NCBI GenBank assembly: GCA_017459705.1
Contig: JAFUCJ010000005.1
Span: 7,436-71,435, forward strand
Origin: Candidatus Saccharimonadota bacterium
GTDB taxonomy: Bacteria; Patescibacteriota; Saccharimonadia; Saccharimonadales; Saccharimonadaceae
Direction of reading: 5' to 3'
DNA length: 64,000 nt
Below are positions 33,928 to 41,380 of this stretch, piece after piece. A model generated the notes under the pieces. The model saw nothing but the letters and a program-made list of their open reading frames with translations, did not search any database and had not been told where the DNA came from. A program made the position numbers and the translations under genes. Numbering within the stretch: position 1 is the stretch's first letter; each line of letters starts with the position of its first letter.

Positions 33928-34297
33928 TATTTTTACTAAAATCGTAAACGGCGAGATCCCCGCCTACAAAATCTACGAGGATGACACAGTCCTCGCCTTC
34001 CTCGATATTCATCCCGAGACAAAGGGCCACACGCTCGTCATCCCTAAAAAAGAAGTCGACAAAATCTACGACCTGGACGACGCCACCTACGATTCCCTCA
34101 TGCACGTCGCCAAAAAACTCGCCGTCCATATGGAACAAAAGCTCGGTCACCGCACTCTCTGGAAAATCATCGGCACTGACGTTCCTCACGCCCATATCCA
34201 TCTCATGCCCCAGGATGACAACTGGCAATACGGCAAAACTCTCGAACTCACCCCCGAGGAGTTTGAGGAAATTCGCTCAAAACTTGAATATAAATAA
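33920..34297 (+). CDS. HIT family (histidine triad) protein
   Basis: 125 aa, IFTKIVNGEIPAYKIYEDD... with histidine triad HAHIHLMP. Confidence 0.9.
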   Translation: MPSIFTKIVNGEIPAYKIYEDDTVLAFLDIHPETKGHTLVIPKKEVDKIYDLDDATYDSLMHVAKKLAVHMEQKLGHRTLWKIIGTDVPHAHIHLMPQDDNWQYGKTLELTPEEFEEIRSKLEYK

Positions 34298-34315
34298 TAT
34301 CACAAAGAGGACAAT

Positions 34316-37246
34316 ATGAAATTTGCATCGAGCTACGAACCGAGTCAGTTTGAACCAGATATTTACGCCGCCTGGGAGACGAGCGGTGCCTTCAAACCCA
34401 CCACACCCACAGTTCCCATTGATAACAATGACGACGGCATCGACGATCGATTTGAGACTGATGTGATACTAGCCGATTCGAGCGCATTTGCGACAACGGG
34501 AGCAAGCGACGAAGCGAGCCCCGTAACGACGGGCGCGAGCGAGGAGGCGCGAGAATCGGCTAGTATCACATCCAGGGACACCTATTCGATCGTTATGCCA
34601 CCACCCAATGCCAACGGCAATCTCCATATCGGCCACGGCCTTACTGTCGCCCTAGAAGATTCCCTTACTCGTTTCTATCGCTTGAATGGTAAATCCTCTT
34701 GGTACATTCCCGGCGCCGACCATGCCGGCTTTGAAACTTGGGTCGTCTACGAACGCACCCTAGAAAAAGACGGTCATACCCGTTTTGAATTCGACCGCGA
34801 CACTCTCTATGCGCGCGTCTGGGATTTCGTTGCCATGCAGCGTGGCAACATGGAGTTGCAACTCCGTGCTCTCGGCGCTTCTTGCTCCTGGGGTGACCTC
34901 ACCTTTACCCTGGACGAAAACGTCATCGATCGCGTTTACACCACTTTCGAAAAAATGTGGAACGACGGCCTTATCTATCGCGGCGAAAAACTCGTTAATT
35001 TCTGCCCCAAGCACCAAACCGCCTTCGCCGACATCGAAGTCGAGCATAAAGACGAAAAAGGCACCCTCTGGGAGATTGAGTATCCACTGATGAAAAATGA
35101 CGATGCGGACATTTTGCGAGCATTTGCAACAACGGAAGCAAACAACGAAGCTAGCCCCGTAACGACGGGTGTGAGCGAGGAGGCGAGCGAAATGCCTGTA
35201 TCGTCATGTATTATCGTAAGCACCACTCGCCCCGAAACCCTTTTCGGTGACATGGCTATCGCCGTCAACCCAGCCGATGACCGCTACAAACCTCTGATTG
35301 GTAAGCATGTCCACCTACCTCTCACCGACAGGACGATTCCTATTATCGCCGACGAACACGCCGACCCCGAGTATGGCACCGGCGCCGTCAAGATTACCCC
35401 TGCCCACGATTTCGATGATTTTGAAGTCGGCACCAGGCACGATTTAGATCGCCTCCAAGTCATAAGTGAGGACGGCCATATGATCAACGTTCCTGATAAA
35501 TACATAAGCCTCACCCCCACCGAATGTCGCAAACAAGTTCTAAAAGACCTCGAATCCGCAGGTCTGCTCCGCGGCGAACAAAAAATCACTCACAGCGTCG
35601 CTCATTGCTACAAGTGCGGCACCGTTCTCGAGCCAACCCTGAAAGAACAGTGGTTTGTCGACGTTAAGCGCCTGGCGAGTGATGCTATTAGGCACCTAGA
35701 ACAGGGCGAAATCACTTTCTACCCCGAAAACAAACAACGTGTCCTTATCAATTATCTCGAAAACTTAAAAGATTGGAACATTTCTCGTCAAATCCCTTGG
35801 GGTATTGCGATTCCTATGTTCAGAAAGGTTACAGAGGAAGCCACCGACGAGCCCGAATGGATTTTTGACCGCCGCACCAATCTCAAAACCATCGAGAAAT
35901 CCGGCGTTACCTACGTCCGCGACGAAGACACCTTTGATACTTGGTTCTCCTCTTCCCATTGGCCAATCGTCTGCACCGACTGGTCTGAGGACAATCCCAC
36001 TCCTTACTACCCACTCAATGTCATGGAAACCGGCGCCGACATCCTTTTTGCTTGGGTCGCCCGGATGATTATGATGGGGCTTTACGTTACCGGCGAAGTT
36101 CCATTCAAGGAAGTCTATCTCCATGGCCTTGTCCTCGACGCCCACGGCCAGAAAATGAGCAAATCCAAAGGTAACGTCATCAATCCGATGGACATGGTGG
36201 CAAGATATGGCTCAGATGCTTTCCGCCTAGGTATTCTCCGCGGTCGCTCGGCTGGCATGAACCAAGCATTTAGCGAAAACTCCGTTGTCTCTGGCCGCAA
36301 CCTCTGTAACAAACTCTGGAACATCTCTCGTCTCATTCAATCTGTGGTTGACGAAGACGAGGAAACAGAGCCACGAGGCGCATTTGCGACAACGGGAGCA
36401 AACGACGAAGCAAGCCCCGTAACGACGGGCGCGAGCGAGGAGGCGACGAGGGGCTCCGTTTCCTCATCTTATACGACCAACAACCAGGGCGAAGACTGGA
36501 TTTGCCGCGAGATTAACCAGTGTCTAGCAGACGTCGCGTCCGGCATGCACTCCTACCGCTTCTCTGAGGCCGTCGAGACCTTATACCAGACCATCTGGGA
36601 CAAATACGCCGATTGGTTCCTCGAATCCCAAAAAATCTACCGTAACGTCCCGCTTCTCAAAACCACGTTGGAGCACCTTCTGATTGCTCTCCATCCCTTT
36701 GCTCCCTTTGTCACCGAGGCTATCTGGCAAAACCTCAGTTGGACTTCCGGTATGATAATTAACGCCAAATGGCCCGGAGAGCTCATATACGACCCGATAA
36801 GCGCAACCGAATTCGAAAGCCTTATCTCAGTCGTCTCCGAAGTCAGGACCACCTTGCAGGCCCTACCAGGCACCAATAACGCCAAAAAATACGCACTACT
36901 ATTCGATAACGATAGTCTTGTTGAGGATAACCTGCTCCTTATCAAGGCTCTTACTAAGGTCCCCGCTGTCACCGCTTTAAACGGCGCCCCACGCGGCCTC
37001 CGCCTTGCCCTAGCCAACCACGAGCTTTACCTCGACGTCCCCGAGAAGGTCGTCAAGGACTACAAGGACGCCTTGACCGACAAAATCCTAGCCGTTGGTC
37101 GCGAGCTGGACGGTCTGAATGCCCGTATGCTAAATCCAAATTATGTCGATAAGGCCCCTGCCCACCTCGTCAAGGAAACCCAGGACGCCATCAAGGAAAA
37201 ATCCGACCTCATCTCCCGCCTGAAAACCCAACTTGAACTCATCTAG
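34316..37246 (+). CDS. valS: Valine--tRNA ligase, with three in-frame repeat insertions
   Basis: Class I motifs PPPNANGNLHIGH and KMSKSKGN, TTRPETLFGDMAIAVNP, and a C-terminal coiled coil. 976 aa. Confidence 0.95.
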   Translation: MKFASSYEPSQFEPDIYAAWETSGAFKPTTPTVPIDNNDDGIDDRFETDVILADSSAFATTGASDEASPVTTGASEEARESASITSRDTYSIVMPPPNANGNLHIGHGLTVALEDSLTRFYRLNGKSSWYIPGADHAGFETWVVYERTLEKDGHTRFEFDRDTLYARVWDFVAMQRGNMELQLRALGASCSWGDLTFTLDENVIDRVYTTFEKMWNDGLIYRGEKLVNFCPKHQTAFADIEVEHKDEKGTLWEIEYPLMKNDDADILRAFATTEANNEASPVTTGVSEEASEMPVSSCIIVSTTRPETLFGDMAIAVNPADDRYKPLIGKHVHLPLTDRTIPIIADEHADPEYGTGAVKITPAHDFDDFEVGTRHDLDRLQVISEDGHMINVPDKYISLTPTECRKQVLKDLESAGLLRGEQKITHSVAHCYKCGTVLEPTLKEQWFVDVKRLASDAIRHLEQGEITFYPENKQRVLINYLENLKDWNISRQIPWGIAIPMFRKVTEEATDEPEWIFDRRTNLKTIEKSGVTYVRDEDTFDTWFSSSHWPIVCTDWSEDNPTPYYPLNVMETGADILFAWVARMIMMGLYVTGEVPFKEVYLHGLVLDAHGQKMSKSKGNVINPMDMVARYGSDAFRLGILRGRSAGMNQAFSENSVVSGRNLCNKLWNISRLIQSVVDEDEETEPRGAFATTGANDEASPVTTGASEEATRGSVSSSYTTNNQGEDWICREINQCLADVASGMHSYRFSEAVETLYQTIWDKYADWFLESQKIYRNVPLLKTTLEHLLIALHPFAPFVTEAIWQNLSWTSGMIINAKWPGELIYDPISATEFESLISVVSEVRTTLQALPGTNNAKKYALLFDNDSLVEDNLLLIKALTKVPAVTALNGAPRGLRLALANHELYLDVPEKVVKDYKDALTDKILAVGRELDGLNARMLNPNYVDKAPAHLVKETQDAIKEKSDLISRLKTQLELI
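34461..34571 (+). mobile_element. Family-A in-frame hairpin element, copy 1 (111 nt)
   Basis: Arm ATGTGATACTAGCCGATTC...GAATCGGCTAGTATCACAT is perfectly complementary over 19 nt. The 66-nt core (34484-34549) encodes AFATTGASDEASPVTTGASEEA. Confidence 0.75.
35097..35207 (+). mobile_element. Family-A in-frame hairpin element, copy 2 (111 nt)
   Basis: Arms ATGACGATGCGGACATTT / AAATGCCTGTATCGTCAT are imperfectly complementary. The core (35120-35185) encodes AFATTEANNEASPVTTGVSEEA. Confidence 0.7.
36354..36470 (+). mobile_element. Family-A in-frame hairpin element, copy 3 (117 nt)
   Basis: Arms AAGACGAGGAAACAGAGCC / GGCTCCGTTTCCTCATCTT. The core (36380-36445) encodes AFATTGANDEASPVTTGASEEA. Confidence 0.7.
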
Positions 37247-37264
37247 GGCGTTAATCCAGCATGC

Positions 37265-37293
37265 AAAGCCCCCGGCATTCGCCGGGGGCTTTT
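37265..37293 (+). terminator. Intrinsic terminator after valS
   Basis: GCCCCCGGC-ATTC-GCCGGGGGC followed by TTTT. A-rich on the 5' side, so possibly bidirectional. Confidence 0.8.
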
Positions 37294-37304
37294 CCATGAT
37301 TCCC

Positions 37305-37514
37305 TTATTTTTTATTAAACCGATTCAGATCAAACATCGGCGTTCCCTTTTCTGCATCGATAATTCCCTGCGCCTTGCGCAGGAGTTTTACTAGACCTTT
37401 TTCACTTGACGCCGACCCGACGTGCACCGTCCGCACTACATGGTTCCCTTCCTTGTAGCATACCTGCACCCCAGTCGCCCCCGACGTCGTTTTGAACTTC
37501 CGTATATAAGCCAT
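37305..37514 (-). pseudogene. Probable N-terminal fragment of a transposase (69 codons)
   Basis: MAYIRKFKTTSGATGVQVCYKEGNHVVRTVHVGSASSEKGLVKLLRKAQ... resembles, from memory, the conserved N-terminus of an actinobacterial IS family. No catalytic domain follows. Confidence 0.4.
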
Positions 37515-37663
37515 ATAGCAATTATACCACGCGGCGATTAGAATCTGCCCTATCGGGGGCGACGATTTTCCACCGCTTCCCCACCGACTTGTCCACAACC
37601 AGCTTGTGGTAAAAATAACCATAACACCTTCTGGCTAGCACCCGCGTCTGCTAGCAACCGCAC

Positions 37664-37692
37664 TTGACAAACGAAACCGCCTGCGCTAAAAT
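37664..37692 (+). promoter_or_regulatory. Consensus promoter TTGACA-17-TAAAAT followed by a ~190-nt structured leader
   Basis: TTGACA 37664-37669, TAAAAT 37687-37692. Downstream hairpins are CAATCGC/GCGATTG, GAGATCC/GGATCT and CCAGCAG/CTGTTGG. Confidence 0.6.
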
Positions 37693-37889
37693 TGAACTAA
37701 CAATCGCCCACCTCACACAGCGATTGGGAGATCCCGCAAGGATCTGTTTGATGAACCGCCAGCAGACAACGCTGTTGGCAACCGAAATCAAGTCGACCCG
37801 GACAGCAAAACGCTTCACGGAAAATATGGCTATGTACTAAAAAACATAAGCAGTCAAATTTTTGCATGTCGGGCGGGGCAGGAAAACAG

Positions 37890-38969
37890 ATGAAAATACC
37901 AATTACGCAGACGAAAAAATGGCAAAAATTACAGCAGGATTTAGGCAATAAAACTTTTTTTGAGAAAAAATCAGACTTCGAGTATTTAGCCATCGAGAAG
38001 CACACCCCAGTAGGGAATTACCTTTTTCTTCCTTATGGACCAGTGGCGAAAAGTGACCAAGGATTTCTAGATGCGATTAATTCGCTGATTGATTTAGCGA
38101 GGAATCATCGCTGCATTTTTATCCGCCTCGAACCGCAAGACGCCGCTTATCGCGCCCTCCTTCCTATGAACAGCAAAAAAGTCAAAGATGTCGAACCGGC
38201 AGAGACCTGGGTACTAGATTTGCCAGATATTTCCACCGCGGACCCGCTGGATGATCAATCCATAAAAGCCCTCCTCCCGTCACGCCTACTTCGCTATTAC
38301 AAGAACATGGCAAAGCAGGGAATCACCATCGAAAAATCCCACGACCCAGCCGATATTCACTACCTTGTCGAGCTCCAATCTGCCCTCGCCGCCGAGAAAG
38401 GCATCACGACTTTCACCGCGGACTACTTAAAAACCGAGCTCGAGCAAGACTTCGCAACCCTCTACCTATTGTTGCAGCATATGTCGCCCGCAATGCTTGC
38501 ATCGACGGGTGACGCCGCTTGGGGGACCCCCACGCCAGCGCGCGTGGGGGAAAATGCGGCGACAGGACCCGTCGAGTGTAGCGACGACAGGACCCGTCAG
38601 GATGCTCCCTCGGCGGCAGGACCCGTCGAGACTGACGTTGATCATGTCCTTGCCGCCGGCCTCGTTTTTGACGACGCCACCACCCGTTACAATCTTCAAG
38701 GCGCCCAATCCGAAACCGGCAGGAAACTGCACGCCACCGGCATCCTTACCATCGAGCTCATCCTCGACGCCGTACAGAACGGTCAAAAAACCTTCGATTT
38801 CTGGGGTATTGCTCCCGAGGGGGCGCCAGCTACGCACCCCTGGGCTGGCTTCACCGCCTTTAAGAAAACTTTCGCTGGCCGCGAGGTCAAATACGCCGGC
38901 ACTTACGATTTACCCACCGACCCTTTGAGATATCGCCTTTATCAGTTCCTTCGCAGATTCCGCCATTAG
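37890..38969 (+). CDS. FemAB family peptidoglycan aminoacyltransferase (FemX-like), with a GC-rich in-frame insertion
   Basis: Start set to MKIPITQTKKWQKLQQ...YLFLPYGP (typical FemX-like N-terminus). The C-terminus FDFWGIAP...FKKTFAG is family-like. Confidence 0.8.
   Translation: MKIPITQTKKWQKLQQDLGNKTFFEKKSDFEYLAIEKHTPVGNYLFLPYGPVAKSDQGFLDAINSLIDLARNHRCIFIRLEPQDAAYRALLPMNSKKVKDVEPAETWVLDLPDISTADPLDDQSIKALLPSRLLRYYKNMAKQGITIEKSHDPADIHYLVELQSALAAEKGITTFTADYLKTELEQDFATLYLLLQHMSPAMLASTGDAAWGTPTPARVGENAATGPVECSDDRTRQDAPSAAGPVETDVDHVLAAGLVFDDATTRYNLQGAQSETGRKLHATGILTIELILDAVQNGQKTFDFWGIAPEGAPATHPWAGFTAFKKTFAGREVKYAGTYDLPTDPLRYRLYQFLRRFRH
38503..38631 (+). mobile_element. Family-B in-frame GC-rich hairpin element (one full unit plus two extra right-arm copies)
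   Basis: TCGACGGGTGACGCCGC...GGGGGACCCCC...GCGGCGACAGGACCCGTCG (38503-38575), followed by GACGACAGGACCCGTCA and GGCGGCAGGACCCGTCG. Confidence 0.65.
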
Positions 38970-39123
38970 TGATGCCCGCTATGTTTATCACCGCCGGATA
39001 TTACCACAATTACATCCTCGCAAGAAAAAGGCCCGTCCAAATGGACGAGCCAATTTTAATGGTTTAGTTGTAGTCTATACCGCCAAGACGACGCTTCACC
39101 GCAAGTCATAGCCTGGGCGACGC

Positions 39124-40407
39124 TTAGATATAGGCCATCGTCTGAGCGACGCTAATAGCCTCTGCCTTGTCGCAGAAGAAATGGATGCCTTCTCCCTCGC
39201 CGCCAGCACAGTAGTCGAAGCACTGGTCGAGCAGCTTGCTACCACAGGTGCAAATCGGGAAGCCGGGTTCGCGCAGTACGCCGTGGTTGCCTCCACCGAA
39301 CCCCCGGTAGACGTGCGCCACTCGCGCTTCATTCGTCCGGCACATTCCGCCGTTTGCCTTGCCGCGTACTTCCGCCGTTTCCGGAATCTCCACCGTGAGA
39401 ATCGTCCCGTAAAGGCACGGGATGTACCCCACATTCGGCGCCACCGCTTCGTATACCGGACCGAAAGTCCGCCCCTTGCTAGCATACATTGCCGCCTTGC
39501 GAACTTCCGCGTTTCTGTCGTGCAGGGCTTTCAGAATATAGCTGTCCGCGATTCCGCTCCGACCCCTCGACGCATACATCGCTGCAGTGCGCAGAGTGGC
39601 CTCACCAGAATCGCACCACATCTTGATCAGCGAATCCGGTGAATTCGTCATCGCTACCCAGCGCGCCGCCGTCAGTCTTACGATCCGGGACTCATTATAA
39701 AGCCCATAATGCACCGCCCAGGACCCCGCACCGGTCTGCACCGTAATCTTGATCACGGCGCTTTTCAGATGCTCATCTCCGTCCTCCCAGAGGCGTTTCA
39801 GAATCTTTTCCGGCATCTTGTGCCGCACGCAAATACTGATTGCGGCTTCTTCCACCATAGGACTCGGATCATTCAACGCCCTCTCGAACCGCGTCCAATC
39901 GCGCAGGAACCAACCCTTCCGTCGGCGCGCGTTGATACGCGCTTCCAAGGCGAAAATCCCCGCCGTCCTTTCCTCGGCCGCCGCCGATGCAAGCAACGCC
40001 CTGATCTCGCGGTGCGGAATCTCATCGCACATCGACACCAGCGTCTGAATTGCCTGCCAATCTTCAAGCCCACAAAGCGACCGCCGAAAGGCCGTCAATG
40101 AGATTTTGCGCTTGCTGACCACTTCGATAACCTTCGCTCGAATCCGCGGTTCCGCACCGAAGAGCGCCGTGATTACGAGTCCGATCTCGGCCTTCTCAAC
40201 TCCATCGACCATCACCGCCGCGAGCACATATGCCCAGTCCGCCGAGAAACGCCATTTCGTATTGAGGTGGTGCGGCACCAGCTCGGGCGAACAATGTGTC
40301 GCCGCCACGAACCGCGTCTCATCCTTCTGGATAAAATCAATCCCCCTCTCGATCTCCGGCAGCGTCAATCCGCCTCCACAGTAGTCACAATAGATGTTGC
40401 CAGTCAT
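39124..40407 (-). CDS. HEAT-like repeat protein with Cys-containing termini, unknown function
   Basis: 427 aa with repeated ...EVRKAAMYASKGR / LRTAAMYASRGR motifs. The C-terminus carries ...CRTNEARVAHVY...GIHFFCDKAEAISVAQ. G+C is visibly high, with many shadow ORFs. Confidence 0.55.
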   Translation of the reverse strand: MTGNIYCDYCGGGLTLPEIERGIDFIQKDETRFVAATHCSPELVPHHLNTKWRFSADWAYVLAAVMVDGVEKAEIGLVITALFGAEPRIRAKVIEVVSKRKISLTAFRRSLCGLEDWQAIQTLVSMCDEIPHREIRALLASAAAEERTAGIFALEARINARRRKGWFLRDWTRFERALNDPSPMVEEAAISICVRHKMPEKILKRLWEDGDEHLKSAVIKITVQTGAGSWAVHYGLYNESRIVRLTAARWVAMTNSPDSLIKMWCDSGEATLRTAAMYASRGRSGIADSYILKALHDRNAEVRKAAMYASKGRTFGPVYEAVAPNVGYIPCLYGTILTVEIPETAEVRGKANGGMCRTNEARVAHVYRGFGGGNHGVLREPGFPICTCGSKLLDQCFDYCAGGEGEGIHFFCDKAEAISVAQTMAYI

Positions 40408-40589
40408 AGGATAACCCCCTAAACCATAATAGAAAATTACGAGGCCGCAATGCGACCTAGCCTAACCATTATACCCTATTTGTTTAGCATAGTCAAGTTC
40501 ATAGCCGGGCCGACGCACAAAGCTCACCCTAATCTGTGGCTCACACCGGTTGCCACGGCAATTGCCGCCAAGGGGTCAGGTTAAAGGTC

Positions 40590-40618
40590 TTGACATTTTA
40601 TCCCGCTTGTGCTATACT
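40590..40618 (+). promoter_or_regulatory. Consensus promoter TTGACA-17-TATACT (TGC-extended), 7 nt before the ATG at 40626
   Basis: TTGACA 40590-40595, TATACT 40613-40618, no SD. Confidence 0.6.
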
Positions 40619-40625
40619 GGGGTCA

Positions 40626-41303
40626 ATGACAACCAAAACAAACACCAAATCAAAATCCACCAAAACCAACTCTAAATCGCCCGCGCCTACTCGTGGCAAG
40701 TCCACCACATCCACGCCCTGCGTGCCATGTATCGCCGCAGTCTGTATCGGCGTGGTCGGCGCCGCACTTGGTGCTTGCGCTGTTGGCGCCCTTACACTCA
40801 CTAATATCGGCAAATTCCACGCCCTCACCGAGACCCCGACTTTGGCCCGCGCTCAGGCCGTCTGTGCCGAATACAACGGCGCCGATTACTATGCCAGCGC
40901 CGAATACTGGCTTGCCGGCTATGGGGTAGATTCCGAGCAATCCTCCCGCCCCGAGGACTACGACGTACTCCTGTCCTATACCTGCGGCTACAACGGCAAT
41001 CCGCACACTACCGGCATCGAGTTTAGCGAACTTTACCTCGACGACGGCGAACATTACCTCGCCCACGCCAAATCCAATCTCGCCACCATTCTTGAAAGCT
41101 CCTCGTCCTCCAACGCCCCCATCGTCCTCGAAAATTCCTCTACCTACCTCAAATACTACCAAGCTTTCCCAGATGAGCAAAACGTCTACTATGTTGCTAC
41201 CAATGGAGACGTTGCGGTCAGTCTTTACGCCCCCTCTACCGACATCGCCGAGAAAGTCCTCGTGAGCCTCGGCTTCCCAAATCGCTCCCGTGCGTCAGAA
41301 TAA
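40626..41303 (+). CDS. Membrane-anchored protein with a Lys/Thr/Ser-rich N-terminus, unknown function
   Basis: Start set to MTTKTNTKSKSTKTNSK. One TM helix (IAAVCIGVVGAALGACAVGAL). A terminator follows at 41332-41354. Confidence 0.55.
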   Translation: MTTKTNTKSKSTKTNSKSPAPTRGKSTTSTPCVPCIAAVCIGVVGAALGACAVGALTLTNIGKFHALTETPTLARAQAVCAEYNGADYYASAEYWLAGYGVDSEQSSRPEDYDVLLSYTCGYNGNPHTTGIEFSELYLDDGEHYLAHAKSNLATILESSSSSNAPIVLENSSTYLKYYQAFPDEQNVYYVATNGDVAVSLYAPSTDIAEKVLVSLGFPNRSRASE

Positions 41304-41380
41304 TCCGATAAATACAGATTGTCCCTCTCTGAACCCCAGCTCGTCTGGGGTTTTCTCTGCCGAAGTGTTATAATATTCCT

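Noticed and set aside
38466-40384. Multiple 60-150-aa ORFs in alternative frames of the FemAB and HEAT-like genes
   Set aside because: These are typical stop-poor shadow frames of GC-rich DNA. The main frames carry the recognisable motifs.
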